Positions 24,172 through 32,158 of a DNA stretch of 50,744 bases are shown in pieces. A model generated the notes under the pieces. The model made no database searches, was not told where the DNA came from, and saw only the letters and a program-made list of their open reading frames with translations. The position numbers were made by a program, and so were the translations under genes. Source of the DNA: a virus; IMG/VR virus record IMGVR_UViG_3300002091_000004; one strand, given 5' to 3'. Within the stretch, counting starts at the first letter, position 1, and each line of letters begins with the position of its first letter.

Positions 24172-24751
24172 TAAACCCTCTGGCACAGTTTCCCAGTTGG
24201 TTGACAGTGCAAGTGGTATTCACGCTAGGCATAGTGAGTACTATATTCGTACTGTGCGTGGAGATAACAAGGACCCATTGACCCAGTTTATGAAGGATCA
24301 AGGTATCCCTAGTGAACCTGATGTTATGAAGCCTGAAAGCACTACTGTCTTTAGCTTTCCTATGAAGTCTCCCTCTGGTGCTATTACTCGTAATGATATG
24401 ACTGCCCTAGAGCAACTTGATCTGTGGTTGATCTATCAACGTCATTGGTGCGAACATAAGCCTTCAGTAACCATTACTGTTCGTGACCATGAATGGATGG
24501 AAGTTGGTGCTTGGGTCTATAAGTACTTTGATGAAGTGTCTGGTGTATCATTTTTGCCACACTCTGACCACTCTTATCAACAAGCACCTTACCAAGAGTG
24601 CTCTAAGCGTGAATACGAAGACGCTCTTGCCTTGATGCCGAAAAAGCTTGACTGGGCAAAGCTTTCAGAGTATGAAACTGAGGATACCTCGAAGGGAACT
24701 AGCACTTTTGCCTGCGTCGGAGGATCGTGTGAGGTTGTAGATTTGGTCTAA
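24172..24751 (+). CDS. nrdJ: Class II ribonucleotide reductase, exon 3
   Basis: Begins (V)KPSGTVSQL and ends with redox tail FACVGGSCEVVDLV; the three exons total 1902 nt = 633 aa. Confidence 0.85.
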
Positions 24752-25290
24752 TGAAGAAAGATTTAACAGGACAAACTTTTGGGGACCTCTACGTTGTAGG
24801 GGTCTCTGAAAAATCTAGAAATGGCCATTATAGGTATTCCGTAACCTGTGTTTGTGGGACTTCTAAAACTGTTTTAGGAACCCATTTAATTCAAGGTAAC
24901 ACTTCACACTGTGGTTGTAAAACTTTAAGAGTTAGTGCAAATTACCAAGGTTATAAGGGTGTTGGCAAAACTTATTGGAGTTCATTAAAACGGGGTGCTA
25001 ATGGTGAAAAAGGAAGAAAGTCTCTCGACTTTAATTTGACCATAGAGTATATTGGAGACCTGCTAGAGAGACAAGAATATAAGTGCAAACTTAGCGGCTT
25101 ACCGATAACTGCAAAAAGGGGAACTGCTTCTTTAGATAGGATTGATAGTGGTAAAGGTTATATTGAAGGTAATGTTCAATGGCTTCACAAAGATGTGAAC
25201 ATGATGAAAAGACATTATAACCAAGATTACTTCCTCTTTCTTTGTAAGAAAATTGCTGGGGGAAGCTGTGAAATCGTTGACCTGACCTGA
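24751..25290 (+). CDS. Free-standing HNH-family homing endonuclease
   Basis: N-terminal LTGQTFGDLYVVG..CVCG..SHCGC, C-terminal LDRIDSGKGYIEGNVQWLHKDVNMMK; TAATG overlap with the nrdJ stop; ends GGSCEIVDLT. Confidence 0.75.
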   Translation: MKKDLTGQTFGDLYVVGVSEKSRNGHYRYSVTCVCGTSKTVLGTHLIQGNTSHCGCKTLRVSANYQGYKGVGKTYWSSLKRGANGEKGRKSLDFNLTIEYIGDLLERQEYKCKLSGLPITAKRGTASLDRIDSGKGYIEGNVQWLHKDVNMMKRHYNQDYFLFLCKKIAGGSCEIVDLT

Positions 25291-25300
25291 TAGGAATAGA

Positions 25301-25570
25301 ATGTTCTATGTCTTGACCAAAGATGACTGCATTTGGTGTGATGCAGCTAAAGAACTCTTGAGCAAAACGGATACCCCTTTTGGGGTATTCGACTACCGTG
25401 ACCATCCTATGCTTGCTCTACTTATGAAGAAGGCAGGACTACGTACTGTACCACAGATTTGGGTTGACACTCCTGATGGAAGAGAGTATATAGGTGGTTA
25501 TGAAGACTTGATGAAATGGATTGCTACAAACAGTTTGACAAAACCTGTTACCTCAAGTGAATCGGAATAA
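25301..25570 (+). CDS. Glutaredoxin/NrdH-like redoxin
   Basis: 89 aa, N-terminal CIWC active-site motif, adjacent to the RNR gene. Confidence 0.7.
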   Translation: MFYVLTKDDCIWCDAAKELLSKTDTPFGVFDYRDHPMLALLMKKAGLRTVPQIWVDTPDGREYIGGYEDLMKWIATNSLTKPVTSSESE

Positions 25571-25573
25571 ATA

Positions 25574-26290
25574 ATGACCACAACCCCTCAACGAACCAAG
25601 CGAACCACAAAGTATAAGGGTGCAGAATCAGAGGCAGTTATGCGCACTGTCTCTCTTAAAGCCCTCAATGACAATCAAAAGCATTACATCAAGGCTCTTA
25701 ACGACTTTGATCAAGTGATTGTTTGTGGCTTCTCTGGTACAGGTAAGACTTACATTGCTGCTACTGTAGCTGCTAACATGTACGCTCAAAAGCAGATTGA
25801 TAAGATCATCCTTACTCGTCCTAATGTATCCGTAGGTAAAGACCTTGGTTACTTTCCGGGCACTCTTGAAGAGAAGTTTGCCCCTTGGGCAATGCCTATC
25901 CTAGACGTTCTTATTGAACAACTTGGTAAAGCTGTGGTAGAGACGGCTATCAAGAATGGTAATATCGAGACGGCTCCTCTATCTACTATGCGTGGTCGTT
26001 CCTTAAAAAATGCTTTCATCATTCTTGACGAAGGTCAAAACACTACTGTGCCAGAGATAAAAATGTTCTTGACAAGAATCGGTCAGAACTGTAAGGTCGT
26101 GATTAATGGAGACGTTAAGCAAACAGACATTCGTGGACAGTCTGGTTTGTCTAAGGTTATCCAGTTGGCTAAAGACTACAAGTTGCCTGTTCCAGTGATT
26201 GAGTTTGGAGTAGACGACATTGTTAGGTCTGATATCTGTAAGCAATGGATCATTGCATTTGAAAAAGGTAAGAATGAATATGACGTTTAA
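25574..26290 (+). CDS. phoH: PhoH-like ATPase
   Basis: Walker A GFSGTGKTY, Walker B IILDEGQN. Confidence 0.9.
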   Translation: MTTTPQRTKRTTKYKGAESEAVMRTVSLKALNDNQKHYIKALNDFDQVIVCGFSGTGKTYIAATVAANMYAQKQIDKIILTRPNVSVGKDLGYFPGTLEEKFAPWAMPILDVLIEQLGKAVVETAIKNGNIETAPLSTMRGRSLKNAFIILDEGQNTTVPEIKMFLTRIGQNCKVVINGDVKQTDIRGQSGLSKVIQLAKDYKLPVPVIEFGVDDIVRSDICKQWIIAFEKGKNEYDV

Positions 26291-26933
26291 GATTGGTGAC
26301 AAAGTTAAGGTTAGTGGTACTCACTATTCCTTTGATGGTAAAGAGGGGATTATTTCGGGGGTTCACCCGGAAAGGGATGCCGCAATGGTCACTAAAATTA
26401 GCCCCCTTGCCCCTGAAGGAAAGTATTATGTATCTTTTAGTGAAATGACTCTTGTTGAAGCAGATCCTGTAGTGGAAAAGGAAGATGTAGTGTTTAATAT
26501 TGGTGACAAAGTTCGTGTAACTGGTGATAAAGGTCGTGCATATCACAGTCTTGAAGCAGGCACTATTGGCACTTATGCTGAACCTACTTCAAGTACAAAA
26601 TGGTTGAGAATTGTCCCTGATGATGACATGTACCCGGATCAGTGGGTTCACCGGAAAGACCTTGAACTTGTTTCAAAAGCAGAACCTGCATCTGTAGCAC
26701 CTTTGACTAAAGGCTCTTCCGATGGAAAAGCTTCTGAGTATTATGACTTTCCTGAGGGTGCCTCTACTCTCAATGACCTGATTGAATACAAGAATATGAC
26801 CTTTGCTCAAGGAAATATCTTCAAAGCAGCCTACCGGCTTGGCCACAAGGAAGGTATCACTACTGAGTACGACCTGAATAAGATTATCTACTATGCAGAA
26901 CGTATGCTTAACCAACTGAAAGAAGGCAAATAA
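26274..26933 (+). CDS. Protein with two SH3/KOW-like repeats and a DUF3310-like C-terminus
   Basis: FKIGDKVKVSG / FNIGDKVRVTGD repeats; SEYYDF..FAQGNIFKAAYRLG tail; start 26274 or 26280. Confidence 0.5.
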   Translation: MNMTFKIGDKVKVSGTHYSFDGKEGIISGVHPERDAAMVTKISPLAPEGKYYVSFSEMTLVEADPVVEKEDVVFNIGDKVRVTGDKGRAYHSLEAGTIGTYAEPTSSTKWLRIVPDDDMYPDQWVHRKDLELVSKAEPASVAPLTKGSSDGKASEYYDFPEGASTLNDLIEYKNMTFAQGNIFKAAYRLGHKEGITTEYDLNKIIYYAERMLNQLKEGK

Positions 26934-27067
26934 TGAGCAGTGTTGTAAAAGACCTTATTGACCGTGTTAAACATCTGACAAAGGAGGGTACAGACGAAGC
27001 TTTGAAAGAACTTCAAGATATGCTCCAAGAACTCGAAGCTGCAATCCAAGAAAAGAAAGATAACTGA
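26933..27067 (+). CDS. Hypothetical coiled-coil peptide (44 aa)
   Basis: Below cutoff; overlapping start and stop with neighbours. Confidence 0.35.
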   Translation: MSSVVKDLIDRVKHLTKEGTDEALKELQDMLQELEAAIQEKKDN

Positions 27068-27519
27068 TGAACCCCACTATTGACCTTGCACAACAACTGA
27101 AAGTCGTCCTTGCTACTGCTTTTAGTTTCTACCTTAAGACTCATAACTACCATTGGAATGTAACTGGCCCTAACTTCAGTGAGTATCATAAGTTTCTAAA
27201 CGATGTTTATGATGAAGTGTGGGAAAGTGTAGATGCTTATGCAGAGCATATTCGTTCACTGGATACTTTCTCTCCCGGTAGCCTTTCTCAGTTTGCTCAA
27301 CTGTCTAAGATCTTGGATGCTAATACTGTTATCCCCGGCCTGTCTATGATGAAGCAATTGGAAGATGATAACCGCACTCTGCAAGCTGAACTCACTAAGG
27401 CCCATGACCTTGCTGTAGAAGCTGGTGCATATGGTGTGGTGAACTTCCTTGAAGGTCAGATGGACTATCACGATAAGCTGCATTGGATGCTTCGAGCATT
27501 CACCCCGGCTGTAATGTAA
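27067..27519 (+). CDS. dps: Dps-family ferritin-like DNA-protection protein
   Basis: KTHNYHWNVTGPNF..YHKFLNDVYDE..DAYAEHIR ferroxidase-site pattern. Confidence 0.8.
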   Translation: MNPTIDLAQQLKVVLATAFSFYLKTHNYHWNVTGPNFSEYHKFLNDVYDEVWESVDAYAEHIRSLDTFSPGSLSQFAQLSKILDANTVIPGLSMMKQLEDDNRTLQAELTKAHDLAVEAGAYGVVNFLEGQMDYHDKLHWMLRAFTPAVM

Positions 27520-27525
27520 AAAAAT

Positions 27526-27563
27526 AAGCCCCTTCAGGAAATCAATCCTGAGGGGGCTTTTTC
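27526..27563. terminator. Bidirectional rho-independent terminator between the convergent arms
   Basis: 13-bp stem AAGCCCCTTCAGG / CCTGAGGGGGCTT, flanked by an A-run upstream and a T-run downstream. Confidence 0.8.
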
Positions 27564-27800
27564 TTATTGTGCTTTATTTTTGTAGATATCAAGAATGTCC
27601 CTCTTGATTTCTTTTACATCGTCTTTTAGTTCTTGCCAAACTGCACGATCTTCTGTACGTTGGGAATCTCTGTCATTAATCTCTTTCTGAAGGAGGGCAA
27701 TGGCCCTTTGGTTTGTCAGAATAACTCTGGCTACCCAACCCACAAAACCAAGACACCCAAGAAGAAAGCCGCTTACAATGGAGGTGAGATAATCATGCAT
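27564..27800 (-). CDS. Membrane-anchored coiled-coil protein at the end of the lysis cassette
   Basis: 78 aa; one N-terminal TM segment, then a charged helical region. Confidence 0.5.
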   Translation of the reverse strand: MHDYLTSIVSGFLLGCLGFVGWVARVILTNQRAIALLQKEINDRDSQRTEDRAVWQELKDDVKEIKRDILDIYKNKAQ

Positions 27801-28012
27801 TATTTACTACATCCCACGTCATAACCATGAATAAGCTTTTCACCTGTTACAAGGGACTTAGGACCACCATCAATAATCAGAGCATCAGCGTGATCATTGA
27901 AAAGAGGATTAAGCCCAGCACAAATAGCACTATCATTTTGCGTGTTGACGTTGGAGCAACTTGCTAAGAGCAACATTAGCGGGAATATTAGAGTAATCAT
28001 TGATAGCTGCAT
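27800..28012 (-). CDS. Outer-membrane spanin (lipoprotein)
   Basis: Signal peptide with lipobox LLLASC; overlaps the 3' end of the upstream TM protein gene out of frame. Confidence 0.65.
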   Translation of the reverse strand: MQLSMITLIFPLMLLLASCSNVNTQNDSAICAGLNPLFNDHADALIIDGGPKSLVTGEKLIHGYDVGCSK

Positions 28013-28175
28013 CTATCTTTGTCCTTGTGGCGATATAGGTTGTTTGATCTTTGACAATGACAGCTTGCTTTTCAGTAAACTTACCGTATTCATAGATACC
28101 AAGGCACCCAAGAGCAATGCTGAAGATGAAGAGAAGAGGGAAGAAGAGTTTACTGGCTAGGTAGGATTGAATCAT
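27933..28175 (-). CDS. Inner-membrane spanin candidate
   Basis: 80 aa from the internal ATG; N-terminal TM then a soluble domain; overlapped by the lipoprotein gene. Confidence 0.5.
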   Translation of the reverse strand: MIQSYLASKLFFPLLFIFSIALGCLGIYEYGKFTEKQAVIVKDQTTYIATRTKIDAAINDYSNIPANVALSKLLQRQHAK

Positions 28176-28362
28176 TTGGGAGAGCCTTCTTAAACAGTTC
28201 AGTTTGTGTGGCAATAGATTGTAGACCAAATGCACCTAGGATAAAGGCCGTATATGGCCAGACAAGGACAGTTGTCATTTCTGGTGTAGAGTAAATAGTA
28301 AGCCACACAAGATGAAGCCACATAACTATTGCCAGTTCTCTCTTGAAAGACTTATTATTCAT
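28150..28362 (-). CDS. Holin candidate
   Basis: 70 aa, two hydrophobic helices, immediately downstream of the endolysin gene. Confidence 0.55.
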   Translation of the reverse strand: MNNKSFKRELAIVMWLHLVWLTIYSTPEMTTVLVWPYTAFILGAFGLQSIATQTELFKKALPNDSILPSQ

Positions 28363-28370
28363 AGGATACC

Positions 28371-28856
28371 TTATTTGAATGTATGGGCTAGGATGCTCAG
28401 TTCTTTAAGGCGGTTAGACCAACCTGTTCCAAACTTGTTCCAAGTGGACAAGGACTTATCATAGGCCAAACGAAGTGCGATATACTTGTCGATAAGGGTG
28501 CTAATATCCTTACCTTGCAGAGCATTGAGGGTCTGATTACCAATCACCCCATCAGCCGTTACACCAAGCACTTCCTGTAGCCATATAATAGCCTCATGTA
28601 CACCAGAGTTGACTGCGCTATCGAACACAACCATGTCAAGGCCAGAGGGTAGCTGATCACCACAGACCCTATTCCAGTAGTCACGTTGATAAATTTGACA
28701 AGCAAGTTCTTTGGTTAGGTTCTTGATATCCAGAGAAGGATAGGCCCTCTTAGAGATACCCATATTGGTTTCACCACCGGGATCACTAGGATTATTTACA
28801 TATCCACCTTCATAATGAAGTAAAGGAATAATGCAATTATGGAAATTATCCTTCAT
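28371..28856 (-). CDS. Endolysin, GH108-type muramidase with PG_binding_3-like C-terminus
   Basis: LLHYEGGYVNNPSDPGGETNMGI motif; internal ATG 28856 overlaps the upstream ORF. Confidence 0.8.
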   Translation of the reverse strand: MKDNFHNCIIPLLHYEGGYVNNPSDPGGETNMGISKRAYPSLDIKNLTKELACQIYQRDYWNRVCGDQLPSGLDMVVFDSAVNSGVHEAIIWLQEVLGVTADGVIGNQTLNALQGKDISTLIDKYIALRLAYDKSLSTWNKFGTGWSNRLKELSILAHTFK

Positions 28857-29025
28857 TTGGATTAAGTACCTTATACAATTCAGTTTGTTCAAAAGGGATA
28901 ATGTCTTTTTCTTTAGACAAGGCTTCCCAATCAATATTGCCCGGCTCTACAATAACTGTGTGAGAACCTTCAATTTTAGCCAATACTGTATTTTCAGCAT
29001 TATGCCATTCAAGGATATAGTTCAT
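28846..29025 (-). CDS. Hypothetical protein (59 aa)
   Basis: Below cutoff; ATGA overlap with the 29022 stop; fills the gap before the endolysin. Confidence 0.4.
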   Translation of the reverse strand: MNYILEWHNAENTVLAKIEGSHTVIVEPGNIDWEALSKEKDIIPFEQTELYKVLNPNEG

Positions 29026-29546
29026 GTCATCACCGCCGATCTAGCATCAAAATCATACTTCAACAAAGTTACTGTTCCTGTACCTGTGGCCCCACCACTA
29101 GTACCTGTACCAGTAACTTCAACGCCAATACAGTCACCCGCAGCAAGAGTAATATCTACAGTCACGTTTGTCTGGTTAGTTGTATAGGTTTGTACAATAG
29201 TAGCATTTTTACGAATATTCAATGCTCCTGAGGTTCCAGTTACTGCAAAAGTTAAGTTAACCCTTACTGTGCAGGCCACAAGTGCAGTAAAAACAGAAGG
29301 CATAATTTGATTTACAGAAGGGGTACTGGTATTAGATGATGCGGAAACAGTTCCAAAAGGAAGACAGTTTCTTTGAACAATTGCACCAGCTACAGGAGAG
29401 TACATAGCTGGCCCAACAATACGAGGGGCACCTGTAGCACCTTCAGTGATAGCCACAGGATTATCACGCATTTTAGTCATAAGATCAGAAGTGATCGGGC
29501 TATTAGGATCAATTTCTGCATTAGTGATTGAGATATAACTTGTCAT
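29022..29546 (-). CDS. Tail-tip/fiber-associated protein
   Basis: 174 aa, last ORF of the tail module; call by position. Confidence 0.4.
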   Translation of the reverse strand: MTSYISITNAEIDPNSPITSDLMTKMRDNPVAITEGATGAPRIVGPAMYSPVAGAIVQRNCLPFGTVSASSNTSTPSVNQIMPSVFTALVACTVRVNLTFAVTGTSGALNIRKNATIVQTYTTNQTNVTVDITLAAGDCIGVEVTGTGTSGGATGTGTVTLLKYDFDARSAVMT

Positions 29547-29559
29547 ATCGGGTTCCTTA

Positions 29560-31359
29560 TTATATCATTACATAGGGCGAAGAATTGTCAGAAGCAAACA
29601 CAAGAGTAGAAGCATCTACAATATAGCCACCCTTAGCTTTTTCTGTGGTTGTAGCAGTAGCATAATCATTAGCAGTATTAGCCATAACCCTAGCAAACCT
29701 ACCTGCGTAGTTATATGCTTGAGCAGTAACTTCTACTTCATGGCCATAGTTAGTTTCCATAAGCTTAATGACCTGAAGGTCAGTAGGAATAGGATTACCA
29801 ACCTCATCTGTAATGGTTCTGCTTGTCACTTCAATAACATCTGCAAGACCAATAGACCTGTCTTTAGCATCCAAGACAATACGGTAGTTTTTAGGTGCAG
29901 TATTGAACCTGTTAAGCAGTCGAATAGACAACAGACCGACAATAGAGTCAGCCCCATTATTTACCCATCTACAGAAGATTTCTCTAATACGAGTATCACC
30001 ATAGGCTTGTTTGCTTTCAGCATTACTGTCAATAGTAACAGTAAGCCTATTATAATTTTCTTTAGCAGAGATACTCTTAGTAGGGTCAGCTTGAACAGAG
30101 TAGAAGTGGATTTCTGTAAGACGGTATTGATCCAAGTCCTGTTGTTCAATCTCTTTGATATTGTTTCTATCCGACAAAGGGTAGGCAGTATCGTCAAAAA
30201 GAGGACGGTTAGCTTTAAGACCAATCTTGTTATTAACAGAATCCCACCAGATACTAACACCAAGAACAGCCAGTTCACCAACAAGAGTATTAACACCTGT
30301 AGGTGCTGTAATAACAGTGTCAAGATAGACAGAAGACATCCAGTCAGTTACTTCTTGTGCCCATGCAGCAGTATCAATATAAGCAGGATTGATATTTGCA
30401 TAGTTGACCAAAAGGTCATAGACCACTGTATCCATTCTAGCGTGGGTATATGCTAGTACTTGCTGGAAGCTATCTCCTGCACTGTGTGTGGCAGCAGTAG
30501 TACCATACTGGCCTCTGGCAGTGAAGGTTACTACATCCCCTGTGAGGGAATATGCCACAATCTCAGAGCCAATGACAGCATACCCACTAGGGGAATAGCT
30601 AGAACCAATGCCTGTAGGAGACAGAGTAAAGGAAGTATCAGTCTCAAGCATATCTACAGTCAATGTACCTGTGGAAGCTTTAGGAGCAACAGCCTTAATA
30701 TCATCTGCCAGAGAAAGAACATCTTTACCCTCAAAGGATACATTGCCATCACTATCAGGTCCAACCATGTTAGTGATAATAAAGTTTCTGGTTCTGGTAT
30801 TTGTCAGAGTGCCATTATCAATATACCCATCAATGATACGGAGAGGACGCCCAACATAATAAGGGGATCGACTACGTAGTTTTGTGAAAAAAGTACCGAG
30901 AGTTGTTGGATCATATCCGCCTCCACTATATTGGGCAGCACCACTAACTCGTTCGGGTTGGTACTTATCTACAAGCCTGTCATTATAAGGGAAATCAGTA
31001 AGTGTCACTGTTACTGTGGCCCTACGTCCAAAAGCACTAAGGCTTTCATCAGAACCAGCAATATTAACAGTGGAAGAAATTGCAGAAATACTTTGCAGAG
31101 CAGGGAAATAGATTGCAGAACCTTTCGGAAAGTTAACCCTAGGGCTTGCAAATCGAAGAGTCTTCGTATTAATAGTCTTAGTCAGATCAAGGTAATTACC
31201 ATCATAAGCAGATTTGAACTGACAGGTAGCAAAAGTATTAAAGCACTTCCGCTGACCTGTTGTTCCTAGAACAGCCAAACAGGGAGAGGTGCCATAAGTA
31301 CGAGTGCAATAGTCCATATCAATTTCTACGATTTGGACAGGCTCTCTATTATTGGACAT
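29560..31359 (-). CDS. Tail hub/tip protein with N-terminal four-Cys cluster
   Basis: 599 aa; CTRTYGTSPC..(11 aa)..CFNTFATC; second ORF downstream of the tape measure gene. Confidence 0.55.
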   Translation of the reverse strand: MSNNREPVQIVEIDMDYCTRTYGTSPCLAVLGTTGQRKCFNTFATCQFKSAYDGNYLDLTKTINTKTLRFASPRVNFPKGSAIYFPALQSISAISSTVNIAGSDESLSAFGRRATVTVTLTDFPYNDRLVDKYQPERVSGAAQYSGGGYDPTTLGTFFTKLRSRSPYYVGRPLRIIDGYIDNGTLTNTRTRNFIITNMVGPDSDGNVSFEGKDVLSLADDIKAVAPKASTGTLTVDMLETDTSFTLSPTGIGSSYSPSGYAVIGSEIVAYSLTGDVVTFTARGQYGTTAATHSAGDSFQQVLAYTHARMDTVVYDLLVNYANINPAYIDTAAWAQEVTDWMSSVYLDTVITAPTGVNTLVGELAVLGVSIWWDSVNNKIGLKANRPLFDDTAYPLSDRNNIKEIEQQDLDQYRLTEIHFYSVQADPTKSISAKENYNRLTVTIDSNAESKQAYGDTRIREIFCRWVNNGADSIVGLLSIRLLNRFNTAPKNYRIVLDAKDRSIGLADVIEVTSRTITDEVGNPIPTDLQVIKLMETNYGHEVEVTAQAYNYAGRFARVMANTANDYATATTTEKAKGGYIVDASTLVFASDNSSPYVMI

Positions 31360-32158
31360 AAGCCTCTACCTCCATTGTTACCCTTACCCAACTACCAGTT
31401 TCAGTAAAGGTTGGTTTCATTTCTGCATTAGGCTTTCTCCAACAATAACCTATATCCTTAGTAAAGGTTGAAGGTCCACTTGCCCAAACAAAACCATGAC
31501 CACCATTATACCAAGCCTTAAATGGTTGCAAGTCAGCTTCAGCAAATGCTCTAGAGAAAGCCACAAGACTGATAGAAGTATCAGCCCCTTGACGAAGTAC
31601 CCTGTTGCCCATAAATTGGCCACCAAGGCTTTTAGATTGAAGAAGTTGTACTGTCTGTGCTTGCCAGATAGGTGTATAGCTAGGCATAACCCCACCGGGG
31701 AATACAAACCTATCTCCCAAGATAACAATACCAACTACAGGAATTGTGGTTCCTGTAATATACACTCTCCAATACCTAGCAGAAGTATCTGCAAAGATTG
31801 CCAAGATAGGTGTATCATCTGTGGGTGTAATAACAGTACTTACTGTAGTCCAAGTAGTTCCATTAGGAGACGACTGAAGCTGTACTGTAGCCCCACTGGA
31901 ACCAATAGTATGTCCAATAAGGGCTACACTGTTTACAAGCTTTGTGGCATATCCAGTACCAAGGTCTATTTGGACATAAGCAGGAAGGGCTGTGGCTTGC
32001 CAATAATCATACGTAGTCTCTGTATAACAATTAGCTACAGGGCCATCAGTAGTTGAGGTTGAAGCAGTTACTATAGAGGTACTGTAGGACAAGTAATTAT
32101 CCCACAGTACCATCGGCAGAGTAGCATCGTCAGTAGGAGTACCATTAACATAGATCAT
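31349..32158 (-). CDS. Distal tail protein with discoidin/galactose-binding-like N-terminal domain
   Basis: 269 aa; YDYWQA..YVQIDLG..VQLQSSPNGTTWTTV pattern; immediately after the tape measure gene. Confidence 0.45.
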   Translation of the reverse strand: MIYVNGTPTDDATLPMVLWDNYLSYSTSIVTASTSTTDGPVANCYTETTYDYWQATALPAYVQIDLGTGYATKLVNSVALIGHTIGSSGATVQLQSSPNGTTWTTVSTVITPTDDTPILAIFADTSARYWRVYITGTTIPVVGIVILGDRFVFPGGVMPSYTPIWQAQTVQLLQSKSLGGQFMGNRVLRQGADTSISLVAFSRAFAEADLQPFKAWYNGGHGFVWASGPSTFTKDIGYCWRKPNAEMKPTFTETGSWVRVTMEVEAYVQ

